Shown piece by piece: positions 49,722-60,521 of a stretch of DNA of 64,000 bases (positions are counted from its first letter, which is position 1; the number at the start of each line of letters is the position of its first letter). The position numbers and the translations under genes were made by a program. Source of the DNA: Candidatus Saccharimonadota bacterium (GTDB lineage Bacteria > Patescibacteriota > Saccharimonadia > Saccharimonadales > Saccharimonadaceae); NCBI GenBank assembly GCA_905365145.1, contig CAJPIO010000001.1, positions 63,484-127,483 of the forward strand, in the 5' to 3' direction. The notes under the pieces are model-generated. The model saw only the letters and a list, made by a program, of their open reading frames with translations, had not been told where the DNA came from and searched no databases.

Positions 49722-51545
49722 TTACTTTTTGTTGGCGCGCTTTCGCTCATTGGCATCTAGGTAGCGTTTACGTAGGCGCAAAGACTTCGGCGTTACTTCC
49801 AGCAGCTCGTCGTCCTCGATGAAGTCGATGCATTGCTCCAGGCTAAACTGCGTAAATGGCGTCAATTGTACTGTACCGTCGGATGATTTGGAACGCATGT
49901 TAGTCAGGTGCTTAGCCTTACAGACGTTAATTTCAATGTCTTCTTGGCGGTTATAAATACCGACAATCATCCCGGCGTACACTTCCGTACCCGGCCCGAC
50001 CAAAAGTTCGCCGCGCGCCTCGGCCGCCTGCAGCGCATACGGCGTTGTCGTGCCAGCCTCAAAGGCGATGAGTACGCCGCCGCGGGTCTTTGGCAATTTG
50101 CCGCCCAGCGGTTGATAGCCGCACGGCAGGGAATTCATAATCACCGTGCCTTTGGTGGCGGTCAGTAGTACGTTGCGTAGACCGATCAAAGCCCTGGTCG
50201 GCAGCACGTAGGTGATACGGGTAGCGCCGCTGGCGGTGGTTTCTTGCGACTTCATTTCAGCGTGGCGAGCACCCAACTCCTGGCTGATCGCGCCGATGAA
50301 TTCGCTGCTAATTTCGATTTGCAGTTCTTCAATTGGCTCTTTTTCGATGCCGTCCTCGGTGATGGTCACCACTTGCGGGCGGCCAACTTCAAATTCAAAG
50401 CCCTCGCGCCGCATGGTCTCGATCAAGACACTCAGGTGCAGTTCGCCGCGGCCAGACACCGTAAAGCCGATGCCGTTTTCTTCAACGCGCAGCGCCACGT
50501 TGGTTTCCAATTCTCGCCGCAAGCGGTCGCCAATTTGCCGTGAGGTGGTAAACTTGCCCTCGCGTCCTTTCATCGGGCTGGTGTTTGGGCCGAGGTACAT
50601 GCTCAGCGTCGGCGCTTCGATGGCGATCGTCGGCAGGGCTTCGGGGTGTTCTTTGTCAGCAATCGTATCGCCAATGTGCGCCTCACCCACGCCGACCAGC
50701 GCCACGATATCGCCAGCAAACGCCTCGTCAAGCTCCTCGCGGTTCAGCCCGCGGTAACCAAAAACTTTCTCGATTCGCGCTGAACTCGACACTTCGCCCT
50801 GTTTCAGCAAGCTAACCGCTAGGCCACGCTTGACCGACCCGCGAGCGATCCGCCCAATGGCATATTTGCCCTGAAAGGTGTCGTACTGCAAACTAGTCAC
50901 CAGCATCTGAAACCCGCCGTCAGCCGTGACGCTCGGTGCAGGAATATCATTGATAATCGCCTCAAAAATCGGTGTGAGATCAGCGTTGTCGCTCGGGTCG
51001 GTAGGAATCTCTCGCCAGGCCTTGCCATCGCGCCCGATAGCATAATAAATCGGATATTGCAGCTGACTATCATCAGTCGCTAACTCCAAAAATAGATCGC
51101 TCAGTTCATCTTCAACCTCGGCAATTCGCCTGGCTGGCTTGTCAATTTTATTAATCACCACCACCGGCTTCAAGCCCAGTTCCAGCGCCTTTGAAAGCAC
51201 AAACTTGGTCTGCGGCATCGGCCCTTCCTGTGCATCGACGATCAGCAAGACGCCGTCCGCCATCTGCAGCGTTCGCTCGACTTCGCCCGAAAAATCAGCG
51301 TGCCCCGGCGTGTCGATGATGTTGATTTTATAATCGCCGTAAAAAATCGAGGTCTGTTTGGCGGTGATGGTGATACCGCGTTCGTGCTCCTGATCGCCCG
51401 AATCCATGATCAGCTCCTGGTTCATCTCGGCCTGGTTGTCGCGGAATGTGCGCGACTGTTTGAGCAGCCCGTCAACCATGGTTGTCTTGCCGTGATCGAC
51501 GTGGGCAATAATGGCAATATTTCGAATCTTGCTAGCGTCCTTCAT
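49722..51545 (-). CDS. typA: Translational GTPase TypA/BipA
   Basis: [24 protein letters not shown] and [18 protein letters not shown] motifs. Confidence 0.97.
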   Translation of the reverse strand: MKDASKIRNIAIIAHVDHGKTTMVDGLLKQSRTFRDNQAEMNQELIMDSGDQEHERGITITAKQTSIFYGDYKINIIDTPGHADFSGEVERTLQMADGVLLIVDAQEGPMPQTKFVLSKALELGLKPVVVINKIDKPARRIAEVEDELSDLFLELATDDSQLQYPIYYAIGRDGKAWREIPTDPSDNADLTPIFEAIINDIPAPSVTADGGFQMLVTSLQYDTFQGKYAIGRIARGSVKRGLAVSLLKQGEVSSSARIEKVFGYRGLNREELDEAFAGDIVALVGVGEAHIGDTIADKEHPEALPTIAIEAPTLSMYLGPNTSPMKGREGKFTTSRQIGDRLRRELETNVALRVEENGIGFTVSGRGELHLSVLIETMRREGFEFEVGRPQVVTITEDGIEKEPIEELQIEISSEFIGAISQELGARHAEMKSQETTASGATRITYVLPTRALIGLRNVLLTATKGTVIMNSLPCGYQPLGGKLPKTRGGVLIAFEAGTTTPYALQAAEARGELLVGPGTEVYAGMIVGIYNRQEDIEINVCKAKHLTNMRSKSSDGTVQLTPFTQFSLEQCIDFIEDDELLEVTPKSLRLRKRYLDANERKRANKK

Positions 51546-51626
51546 AAAAATATGGTCTGATGTTAACGCAGACCTTCCTTTGGTGATTAATTGTAGCACA
51601 GATGAGCGGGGATGGGAAGTGCGCTA

Positions 51627-52790
51627 CTACGGTGAAGCTTGCTCATCAAGCTTTAGCTGCACGAAAATAGCTAGCCCTGACAAAACCACCAGCATCCAAC
51701 CAGCGATGAAAACGCTTTGGTTTGACAAAACTCCAAATACAAACGTTAGCGGCATGAGGACAATTCGTCCCACGGCGTTTATCACCGAGCCGGAACCTGT
51801 GCGGTACCGCGACGGCAACTGGTGTTGTATCTGCGCAGTAAAATGAAATAGCAGCGCCCCCGAGACTACCGCTATTAAAACCTGCGCGGCGATAGTTATC
51901 CATAAATTACTGCCCACTGAAAGCGCGAGCGATGCCAAGCCTAGCGAAACTGATAAAACTATATTTATTTGCTTTGAGCTGAGATATTTAACCAACGAGC
52001 CGCCCAGTCCGCCCAAGCCTTCTATGAACGACCCGGCGATGCCAAATACTATCGCCGGAGCCGACAGCGCAATATACCACAGCTGATAAGCCTCGCGATT
52101 CATCTTTTGGATACAAAAGACTATCATAATCGCGGTCATCAGCCAGAGTAGGCTTTTACTTTTGAAAACGCATTTGAATGTATTTTTAGTATGTTTGATA
52201 AGTTTTTCATCAGCCACCTCGCGGCTAATCTTTGCATCCTTATAAATTAGATGGCAAACCATAGACATCGCAATTGGAATAATCGTTAAATTAAATGCCA
52301 GCAGCAGCGAGTGTTCGCCAATCCAGCCGCCCAAAAAGTTACTGATAATCAATGCTACTCCGCCTAACGTCTCATACAACCCTAGCGCTCGATTAAAATT
52401 CCTGGCGTGCCCTTGCTCCTCGAGCAGCGTATCGTAGATCATAGCTGCGCCAGTTCCGCTCGAAAAAGCATCATGAAGACCCCAAATCGTCACAGCGGCG
52501 GCATACATAAAGATATTATCGCTAGCGCCGGCCATCAAGCTGCTAATTCCTAAGAACAGCCCAGCGAGCACCATTGAACCCTTGCGGCTCCAGCGATCCG
52601 CGATAATTCCTGATGGAATTTCGGTCAGAATAGACGATATCAGCAGAACAATCGCGATCAAACTAATTCCAAAATTGTCAATGCCTATACTTCTTATGAA
52701 TAATTTCTCAATTGAATACCAAAGTACAAAGCTTAAGAAGAACTTGCCAACATACAGCGGAAGCAGCCTCTTCATGACAGCTTTCTTCAT
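51627..52790 (-). CDS. MFS transporter
   Basis: EIPSGIIADRWSRK motif A; about 12 TM segments. Confidence 0.9.
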   Translation of the reverse strand: MKKAVMKRLLPLYVGKFFLSFVLWYSIEKLFIRSIGIDNFGISLIAIVLLISSILTEIPSGIIADRWSRKGSMVLAGLFLGISSLMAGASDNIFMYAAAVTIWGLHDAFSSGTGAAMIYDTLLEEQGHARNFNRALGLYETLGGVALIISNFLGGWIGEHSLLLAFNLTIIPIAMSMVCHLIYKDAKISREVADEKLIKHTKNTFKCVFKSKSLLWLMTAIMIVFCIQKMNREAYQLWYIALSAPAIVFGIAGSFIEGLGGLGGSLVKYLSSKQINIVLSVSLGLASLALSVGSNLWITIAAQVLIAVVSGALLFHFTAQIQHQLPSRYRTGSGSVINAVGRIVLMPLTFVFGVLSNQSVFIAGWMLVVLSGLAIFVQLKLDEQASP

Positions 52791-52847
52791 ATTCTAATTA
52801 TAATGCGTGACAGCGTTATTTTGAAGGTCTATGACAATAATTTGAAT

Positions 52848-52922
52848 TGGTGCGGGTAGAGGGAGTCGAACCCTCGTCTCATGCTTGGGAAGCATACATA
52901 ATAGCCGTTATACGATACCCGC
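52848..52922 (-). tRNA. tRNA-Gly(CCC)
   Basis: Reverse complement GCGGGTA..TATGC-TT-CCC-AA-GCATG..ACCA. Confidence 0.93.
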
Positions 52923-52977
52923 GCTGACTATATTATACACTATACTTTGGTTATTTTCGCAGGCCGCTACCTCCGGA

Positions 52978-53005
52978 TTGACATAACCGGTTTCCTTGTT
53001 ACAAT
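52978..53005 (+). promoter_or_regulatory. Sigma70 promoter giving a leaderless transcript
   Basis: TTGACA-N16-TACAAT-N6-ATG (53012). Confidence 0.65.
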
Positions 53006-53011
53006 CAAGAT

Positions 53012-53863
53012 ATGAAAAAACAAAAACTTGTAGTTATATTAGTTATTCTAACACTGATCGGGGCGGGGATAGGCGTATACATTGCTGTATGTATTGCGCC
53101 GAAAAATAAGGGTAATGCCAGCCAGCAGCAGGAGCAAAAAGCAACTTCCAGTCCTAACTTCACCAAGTCTGGTTCTGACAATAGCTCCAGCAGTAGCAAG
53201 TCTAATACAGATTCCAAGTCTAAGCAGTCTACGCCGAACCAGCAAGAGAAGAAGCCTGAAAAACCGCAGCCAAACCAAAAAGATCAGAGAATTGACCCTG
53301 TACGTCCGAAGCATAATCCAGCCCCGCAACCACCGGCGAGTCCAGCCTCGCCGCCGAAAAACAACCAACGGCCAGCTCCGCAGCCTCAGCAGCTCGGTAA
53401 TTCGCAGCAGCCTGCGCCGAATCCGCAACCAAATCCAACTCCAAATCCGCAGCCGCAACCAGCAGACCAAGATAAAAAGTATGACATAGGCCCGCCAGAT
53501 GCTTTGGAGATTCTTGAACTGATTAACTATGCTCGTAGTAAAGAAAATCTGAAGCCGTTAAAAATGTACGAGCCGCTTAATCGAACGGCGCAGTGGATGG
53601 CGAATGATATGAAAGAGAATAATTATTTTAGCCATTATAAACCGGGCACAACTATTCCGCACGGATTGCTTAAAGCGAGGACTGTCTGCAACGCGCCAGC
53701 CGAGAATCTGGTGCAAACTGCGCTGCCAGATTTGCACACTAGCCGCGTAGCCTTTAACGCCTGGATGCAATCGCCGCCGCACAGGCAATCCATCATGTCG
53801 AGCACCTACACGCTAACCGGGTTTGGCATCGCCGGCAATAAGATTGTGGAGCATTTTTGTTGA
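53012..53863 (+). CDS. Membrane-anchored CAP (SCP) domain protein with a P/Q/S-rich stalk
   Basis: LINYARS, YFSH, AENL and AWMQSPPHRQSI motifs. Confidence 0.9.
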   Translation: MKKQKLVVILVILTLIGAGIGVYIAVCIAPKNKGNASQQQEQKATSSPNFTKSGSDNSSSSSKSNTDSKSKQSTPNQQEKKPEKPQPNQKDQRIDPVRPKHNPAPQPPASPASPPKNNQRPAPQPQQLGNSQQPAPNPQPNPTPNPQPQPADQDKKYDIGPPDALEILELINYARSKENLKPLKMYEPLNRTAQWMANDMKENNYFSHYKPGTTIPHGLLKARTVCNAPAENLVQTALPDLHTSRVAFNAWMQSPPHRQSIMSSTYTLTGFGIAGNKIVEHFC

Positions 53864-54028
53864 GGTGTACGTTTAGGCTGTCTGCCTTATAGCCATTCTC
53901 GCCGCTATTGGTATCCTATGAAAACTGCGCGGATGAATCTGATGTAGAGGAGCGGCATTGCGCCAAGTTTTCATGTAAGATGAGTGAGAATTGCTAGTGT
54001 GTGTCCTTATTCTATGCTAGAATGCAGC

Positions 54029-56974
54029 CTAATCACTATCCTTATCATTAATAGGATAATAAAATGCGGATCGTTTGCCCTTAGGTTTATATCTAAAGGT
54101 GTGTTTGATAAACATTCTGACTTGCGTTTTGAGGAAAAATTCCTGAGCGGCCCTATCACCTTTTTCTATTAGCCAATCAGGTTGTCTCTCGAGGGTACCT
54201 TCAAGTAGTCTATCATTGTCGGAATATGCGTCAATTGAGATTTCTATAGGTTCATCCTTATTATCCACTATCTCCAGCCTGCCCAGATCGTCTATCGATA
54301 CTGCATACAACCCCTTTAGTAAATAATTATCATATACGTGATATATTGGAACTACTTGGTTCAGACCCTTAAAAGACATATCACCGGTGCTAAAGTCATT
54401 CTTGATCTGTTTACCAATATCATCCTTTCTATCGCTTATCATATACCAATCGGCCGTCCGCACACTAACGACGAACCAGGACTTTCTACTTCGTTTCAAT
54501 CTCTTCAACCATTCTTCAAAGTTGTCAATTCTACTTGGTTTTGAAAATAAACTTTCAAGTATATGTTTATTTTCAGATTCGGCTATCTCACTGCCATAAC
54601 TATGAGGTTGATGTATAGTTCCTATGTGCCAGTCTTTTACAAAGCCATACTTATCTTGGATTTGGTTCCATCCATAGCTCAAGAAGCCTTTTGTCGCTTT
54701 TGTAGTTTGAGTAGTTTTCAAATATCCATTTGGCTTAAATATGGAGATTGCTAGGGCATATTCCTTGTAGCCTGCTAATACACCTTCTTTAAATTCTATA
54801 ATTTTATCTTGATCAAGCGGTGCAGCGATTAGTTTCTCATCTTCATATTTCATTCGCTCGTCGATAAATGTTTTAACCAGCTCAGTTAGCACGGATACGT
54901 CTTCACCTTGCTCTTCCATCTCAGCTAAACGACGAATGATGAAAGGTTTTTCCTCCCTTGTCGTGAAATCAGAGAAAGTGCCTGTCTTTGCTATATCATC
55001 ACGTCCATAATATTCAATATCTTCAGGGATGCTGTCCAATGCAAGCATCCGTTCGATCCAAAGTGACTTCAGTATAAGATTAAAATCGGGCACAAGATGC
55101 ATTTTCCTATCAGCGGGTAAATCATAGATGTCAAAATGCCACTCACTAGCATAGTTATTATCTATACATTTCACGAGTACCTTTGTTAAATCTTGTGCGG
55201 AAAAACCACTCAAGTAATCATCTATTATCTTTTTAATATCTTCCTGCTCGCGTGTAAGGTCTGTTCCATCGTGAATATAGGCAGCGACCATAAAAAGTCT
55301 ACACCGAGCAGTCCATACAAGCTCTTCCATCTCTTGGCGATATAGTCTATATCCACTCTCTACCTCATTAAATATTGATTTAACTTCTTTAAACGCTGAT
55401 GTTTGAGATTTTTTGTAAGTGTCAAGTAAAAAACTAGTCATATTACTCAAACGATCGTTAAGCCACTGTTCTAACTGTTCCCGACTAAACGATGACGACT
55501 CATCGCACTCTCTGTAATTGTATAGGAGGAGTCCAGTATGCTCTTTGAGTCTGAATGCCAATAACTCCAAAACATATTCTTTGTAGTGAGTGTTTTCCAA
55601 TGTTGTGTCGTATATAGTTCTTGACATTGCATGGGTAAAGATCTTCTCTAAGCGTGCCGCAACTACTATATTGAATGAATCAAATACGTTCAATAGGCTT
55701 CTGTATACGCTTGATATTATGCTTTTTGTAGCATCCCGACGCTCTGTACGTAAGGCATAAAAGAAAGCCTCATCAATGATGTCTACCGTACTCTGCAAAT
55801 AACGAGAGACGCTATCACTAAATATCTGCTCAAACTCACTCTTTGTCGTCGCATAATCAAAGCCCTTGCTCTCATTTGAATATTCCTCTACTGTTGCATT
55901 AGTCAGTAATTCATATATTACTAATGCGTCATCAACAGCGATTTCATCATCTTTTTCAATAGCGCCTCTAAGCTGCTGCCTGAAGCCCTTAACTAAAACT
56001 TCTAGCTGTCTATTTGGAGAATCTGCATAGTCTGGGTCTATCTTTATGCAATCTAGTAGACCACGTTCCAGCCTCTTGTGTGGAGCTGGTAAGCTATCAG
56101 ACAAAACTAGCTCCATAATTACACTCTGGTCTTCAATGTCAGAACCTGGTCTTGTGCTTAGTATAAGTTGTGCTATCTTTTTATCTGAAGGTCGGCTCAC
56201 CGATTGCTTTTTGGCCGTTTGCGGAGCTCTATTATAATATTCTCTCGTGATTATTTCATCGAGTCTTTTTACGTTGATAGATTTGATAACACCTGCCTTA
56301 GACACTCGTATTAGATAGTGTTTTTTTAATTCTCTCTTGTCGCGTTTACTGGTAAATAGTCTATGTGTAACGTATAGAGAATTTTCCAGATCAGTAAAGA
56401 AATTGCTCCCATTAGCACGTATCATCTTGCTCGCCCTTAAAGACCTTTTAACAAGATCCTTGATGTATTTCTTCTCTTGTTGCTTTAATTGGCCAATCCC
56501 AAACAGTAACTGCATAGATTGGACCATTGCATACGAACTTACTACCGCAATTATTATAGTTGGAAAATAATAGTAAGATGCTCGAGGAGAGACTAATAAT
56601 AAGGAGCTGAGAACAATATAGGTGGCTAATATTTCACGAAAATAAATAACATTAGGAAGGGGTAATCGTCGGATATCCTCTGAGTCACGTATTTTTTCCA
56701 AGAGTAAAATGAAAACAGGGATCTGTACCGCAAATAGCAATCCTATATACTCAATGATTGTGCTTAATTCCTTCATAACGGCAAGTCTAGAGAAATGCTT
56801 ATCGAAAAAGTCATCACTTAACATTAAGCCAAAGATAATATATGACAAAATCAATACTAGCACATAAATGAAAGTAACGCGCCAACGGCTCATCCAAAAA
56901 CGCTGTATATTATAACCGAGATTTTGAAAAAATCGGTAAATAGCTAACCAACTATTCAGTAAAAAACGTTGCAT
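54029..56974 (-). CDS. Large hypothetical protein with N-terminal TM segments, AT-rich
   Basis: 981 aa ORF; about four TMs then a long soluble region; no motif recognised. Confidence 0.8.
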   Translation of the reverse strand: MQRFLLNSWLAIYRFFQNLGYNIQRFWMSRWRVTFIYVLVLILSYIIFGLMLSDDFFDKHFSRLAVMKELSTIIEYIGLLFAVQIPVFILLLEKIRDSEDIRRLPLPNVIYFREILATYIVLSSLLLVSPRASYYYFPTIIIAVVSSYAMVQSMQLLFGIGQLKQQEKKYIKDLVKRSLRASKMIRANGSNFFTDLENSLYVTHRLFTSKRDKRELKKHYLIRVSKAGVIKSINVKRLDEIITREYYNRAPQTAKKQSVSRPSDKKIAQLILSTRPGSDIEDQSVIMELVLSDSLPAPHKRLERGLLDCIKIDPDYADSPNRQLEVLVKGFRQQLRGAIEKDDEIAVDDALVIYELLTNATVEEYSNESKGFDYATTKSEFEQIFSDSVSRYLQSTVDIIDEAFFYALRTERRDATKSIISSVYRSLLNVFDSFNIVVAARLEKIFTHAMSRTIYDTTLENTHYKEYVLELLAFRLKEHTGLLLYNYRECDESSSFSREQLEQWLNDRLSNMTSFLLDTYKKSQTSAFKEVKSIFNEVESGYRLYRQEMEELVWTARCRLFMVAAYIHDGTDLTREQEDIKKIIDDYLSGFSAQDLTKVLVKCIDNNYASEWHFDIYDLPADRKMHLVPDFNLILKSLWIERMLALDSIPEDIEYYGRDDIAKTGTFSDFTTREEKPFIIRRLAEMEEQGEDVSVLTELVKTFIDERMKYEDEKLIAAPLDQDKIIEFKEGVLAGYKEYALAISIFKPNGYLKTTQTTKATKGFLSYGWNQIQDKYGFVKDWHIGTIHQPHSYGSEIAESENKHILESLFSKPSRIDNFEEWLKRLKRSRKSWFVVSVRTADWYMISDRKDDIGKQIKNDFSTGDMSFKGLNQVVPIYHVYDNYLLKGLYAVSIDDLGRLEIVDNKDEPIEISIDAYSDNDRLLEGTLERQPDWLIEKGDRAAQEFFLKTQVRMFIKHTFRYKPKGKRSAFYYPINDKDSD

Positions 56975-57049
56975 GATCTAACTATAATACTAAATGCAGT
57001 CTAAGTGAACTAAAAAATCGCCCAACGAGGCGATCATTTCTTTCCGAAA

Positions 57050-57125
57050 TGGTGCGGGTTAGGAGACTCTAACTCCTGGCCTCTTCCATGGCAAGGAAGC
57101 GCTCTAACAACTGAGCTAAACCCGC
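57050..57125 (-). tRNA. tRNA-Gly(GCC)
   Basis: CTTCC-TT-GCC-AT-GGAAG anticodon arm; atypical T-loop TTAGAGT; CCA end. Confidence 0.92.
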
Positions 57126-57258
57126 ATAATGTTTGCTGTGTATCTCACCGGCAAAGCTTCATAATTTTGCGAACTCGCCTACGATATGCGATGCAACAGC
57201 CAATCTTTCGATTACATAGTAAGTATAGCAAACAAAACCGCTCATTTCAATAATCTTC

Positions 57259-58050
57259 TCACCAATTTCTCTTCGTATGATCCGGCGTGGCGTCTTTGTA
57301 ATCTTCCAGGTGCTGGTTTCTTTCCTGGGATTTGCGCTGTTCGTTGTAGGCGTCGATGAATCGCTTGTCTAGTTCTTTGAGCTTGCCGTCGGTGTTGCCT
57401 GCGTCAACTTTTTCTTTATCGCCAGGGTTGGTGACTGAAATATCTTGGTCGCCGTTTCTAAGTTGTTTTATTTGCGCCAACTTTTGCCGGATTCGCTGCT
57501 CGATGACAATCGCAGTTTTGCCGTCGTCATTATTCGCGTCAACTGTCCGGCTGGCAAATTGCACGCCGCAACTATCCTCGCCGTCGTGCAGTATGGCGTT
57601 TGCTTCGTCGTAGCGGATGATTGCTTGGTCGTAGCGTTTTTCGCTGGCGAGGGCGTCTGCTTGCGCCTCGATTGATAACGCCAGGTTGATGCGGACAGGA
57701 CATTCGCGCGTTTTCGGCGCTTTTTGCAGGGCTTGGCGGAATTGTTTTTCTGCCGAGTCGTAGCGGGCTTGCTTAAATAAAGCGTTCCCATCGTTAAAAA
57801 ATACTTTATAAGATTCAAACAAATTCATGGCATAAATCGGCGATAAGCGGAAGGAAGCCTGGCTGCTGTCGCCGTTTTTATAGGCGGTATGCGCTGCTAG
57901 CGACAGCAGAGGAAAACTCGTCAATTTAATAGCAATTAGCAGAATCACCGCGCAAGCAGGGAACGAATAGCGGAGCAGTTTCCGGCGTTTTTCTCGGCGG
58001 ATTTTTTCAAAATCTAGTTTTTTCAGGTCAAATGGACGATTCTTACTCAC
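57259..58050 (-). CDS. TPR-containing membrane-anchored protein (BatC-like)
   Basis: FNDGNALFKQARYDSAEKQFRQAL TPR; ends in KRNW. Confidence 0.8.
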   Translation of the reverse strand: MSKNRPFDLKKLDFEKIRREKRRKLLRYSFPACAVILLIAIKLTSFPLLSLAAHTAYKNGDSSQASFRLSPIYAMNLFESYKVFFNDGNALFKQARYDSAEKQFRQALQKAPKTRECPVRINLALSIEAQADALASEKRYDQAIIRYDEANAILHDGEDSCGVQFASRTVDANNDDGKTAIVIEQRIRQKLAQIKQLRNGDQDISVTNPGDKEKVDAGNTDGKLKELDKRFIDAYNEQRKSQERNQHLEDYKDATPDHTKRNW

Positions 58051-59044
58051 GATTTTCTCCCTCCGACGGCGTTATATTCTGAAGTTTGCATAGAGGCAAA
58101 TATACGCTTCTGATTTCAAAGGCCAGCAAAATAGCAGCCGCAAATATTGCTATCCAATATATATCGTTGTAGCCGTCAAACGAGCGGCTGCTGCTAACGG
58201 CTTTATCGATGGAACCGTTCTTGACGACGGCGTCGATGGAATCTGGGGTTTGCCGGTGCGTGTACGGCAGGTCTGTTTGGCTGGCGATGTTTTTAAGATT
58301 TGTCTCGTCGATTTTTGATACGGCATATTTCAAATCTGGCCCGCGCAAATAAAAACCGTCAAAGCCGCCGCTGTAGCTTGGCGTTTTCATTTTTCCGCCG
58401 TTGGCAGTGCCGTATCCTATAATCGCGCCGCCGCCTAGTAGCGGTTTCAATCTAGCGAATGATTTTGGCGAGGCGTCGCTGGTTTGTTCACCGTCGCCCA
58501 GGTAAAATAGCAGTGAGGTGCGCTCGGGATTTTTATGCTTGGTGCGAGTGATTTCCGAGGCGATGGTGTCAATCGGCGCGTCAATTGAGCTGCCCATGGC
58601 GTAGCTTTCGCTAATGACATTTACCGTGTCAACTGCCGATTCAAACATTCTGACGTCCGTCGATAACGGCGAATTGACGAAAGTTTTATTATTGAAAGTT
58701 ATTAGGCTAAATCGCGCGCCGACCAGCTTTTTGGCAATTTCTTTGGCGTCGCGGCGCATGCCGTTGATTCGCGGCTGACCGTTGTCATAATCCTCGGCAG
58801 CAGAACTCATCGTTGTATCTATAACAACATAAACATCGACTAGCGGTGCGCCCCATTCTTTTACTTCGCCAGGAACAGCTGGGCGAAAACAAGCGGTAAT
58901 GATGAGCAAGACAATACAGAACCGCCGCAGCCACGCTCGCCGGTTGGATATTGGTTTGGAGAAAATCCTCCAGCCGGTAAAAATTGCAGCAACTACCAGA
59001 ATTATCAGCAGTAGATACCACGGTAAAATCGGTTGCATTATCAT
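58043..59044 (-). CDS. VWA domain membrane protein (BatB-like)
   Basis: VIDTTMSS MIDAS-like motif, PLSTD and LGDGE. Confidence 0.85.
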   Translation of the reverse strand: MIMQPILPWYLLLIILVVAAIFTGWRIFSKPISNRRAWLRRFCIVLLIITACFRPAVPGEVKEWGAPLVDVYVVIDTTMSSAAEDYDNGQPRINGMRRDAKEIAKKLVGARFSLITFNNKTFVNSPLSTDVRMFESAVDTVNVISESYAMGSSIDAPIDTIASEITRTKHKNPERTSLLFYLGDGEQTSDASPKSFARLKPLLGGGAIIGYGTANGGKMKTPSYSGGFDGFYLRGPDLKYAVSKIDETNLKNIASQTDLPYTHRQTPDSIDAVVKNGSIDKAVSSSRSFDGYNDIYWIAIFAAAILLAFEIRSVYLPLCKLQNITPSEGENRE

Positions 59045-60051
59045 ATGCGAAGCCTCCAATCAATAATAATGAGGGAAATTATGATGATAAGCATGCCGTA
59101 CAGTAATAATTGTGGCTGATCAGTGCGAGTAACGTGCGGCGTGCCTTTGAAGCGGGAGGCGTCTTGGGTGGCGATTTTTTGGACAATGTTTGGAATTGTG
59201 TTTTTGTCGTGCAGTGCGTAGTAATCGCCGCTGGTTGCCAACATGGTTCGCTTCAATTCTGCCGCTTCGGCCTCGCGATTTTTATTACTATTCGGGTAAA
59301 TGCCGTATACGCGGATATCCTTTTGCTTGGCGAGTTCTGCTGCTTCGGGCAGGGAAAGTATCGGCGTGCCAGCCAGCTGGTTGTCGGTTCCTAGAATGAT
59401 GCTCTGGGAGCGTTTGCTGTCTAACTTGTCGAAGCGGCCGATACAACTCGCTAGCCCGTCGCCGATTAGTGACGAGCCTTGCCCGTTCGAAACTACCGTA
59501 CCAGATAAAATATCGAAATATTCCAGCGTTCCAGGCGGCGTCAATGCTTTTTCAATTAGCGTTAATTTACTATCGATGAGGCTGGCGTCGTCCGTCAAAG
59601 GAAATATCACTGCCGGCGAGCGGTCAAACAGTACCAAACCCAGCCGTTCGCCGTCAAATTTTCGCGCCAATGTGCGGTAAGTTTTAATAATCTCTACGTC
59701 ATATTCATACATTGACCGCGATACGTCAAGGCACAGCACAATGTCGCGATTTTTCACCTCGGGAGAAGCGACGGCTACCGACGACGGGCGTCCAGTGAGA
59801 ATAATCATCATAACCAGCAGGAGCGCGTGCAGTCCCAGTACAACCGCCAATAGTTTTTTGTACCGCTTAACCTGCTGAATATAGAGCGGGAAAGCGCGCA
59901 GCCGCGAGGTATTAGCGATAGGGAGTTTTTGCCTAGGCGCGTCATGGCGTTTCAATCGGCTGTATCGGCGGAGTATAATCGGCGCGGCAAACCACAGCAG
60001 GGCGATAATTATAATTAACGCCAGCGACAATTGCCAAAAAACTAATTCCAT
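59041..60051 (-). CDS. VWA domain membrane protein (BatA-like)
   Basis: LCLDVSRSM, ERLGLVLF, PLTDD, IGDGL and LGTDN motifs. Confidence 0.88.
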   Translation of the reverse strand: MELVFWQLSLALIIIIALLWFAAPIILRRYSRLKRHDAPRQKLPIANTSRLRAFPLYIQQVKRYKKLLAVVLGLHALLLVMMIILTGRPSSVAVASPEVKNRDIVLCLDVSRSMYEYDVEIIKTYRTLARKFDGERLGLVLFDRSPAVIFPLTDDASLIDSKLTLIEKALTPPGTLEYFDILSGTVVSNGQGSSLIGDGLASCIGRFDKLDSKRSQSIILGTDNQLAGTPILSLPEAAELAKQKDIRVYGIYPNSNKNREAEAAELKRTMLATSGDYYALHDKNTIPNIVQKIATQDASRFKGTPHVTRTDQPQLLLYGMLIIIISLIIIDWRLRI

Positions 60052-60521
60052 GTCGCTACCGTCTTTCTGGCTAGTGCCGCTGCCTCGGCGACGCTGCCTT
60101 GTTCGACCGCGGTAAATTCAGGAATATAGAATTGTTTGATGGCAGACGCCAATGTTTTATAGCGAGTCTTTTCTAAATCTCGCAGCGTCAACGTGTCAAC
60201 GCGGTGGCCGTTTATCTCGACGACGAACATGCGAAGAACATGGCTTAATTTCTGGTGGGCTTTACGCGAGGATAACTTTCCGGCAGTATGACTTTGTTCG
60301 ATTTCGTCGATTAACTGTTGGTATTTCTGCTTCAAATCAGTCAAATCTGGCGGCGTGTACGGTTTTGGTTTGAGCGTAGCCAGGCTGCGGTGAGAACGGC
60401 GGCGAGTAGAATAAAACACAAATCCGTACCATAAAATAATCGCGCCTAAAAGCAAGCAGCCGATAACCAGCCACAGCGGGTCATAATCTACCCATTCGCG
60501 AAGCTCAGTGCCAGCGTGCAT
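60042..60521 (-). CDS. Single-TM protein of the MoxR-VWA operon
   Basis: One TM; TLTLRDL motif; overlaps both neighbouring genes. Confidence 0.78.
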   Translation of the reverse strand: MHAGTELREWVDYDPLWLVIGCLLLGAIILWYGFVFYSTRRRSHRSLATLKPKPYTPPDLTDLKQKYQQLIDEIEQSHTAGKLSSRKAHQKLSHVLRMFVVEINGHRVDTLTLRDLEKTRYKTLASAIKQFYIPEFTAVEQGSVAEAAALARKTVATWN

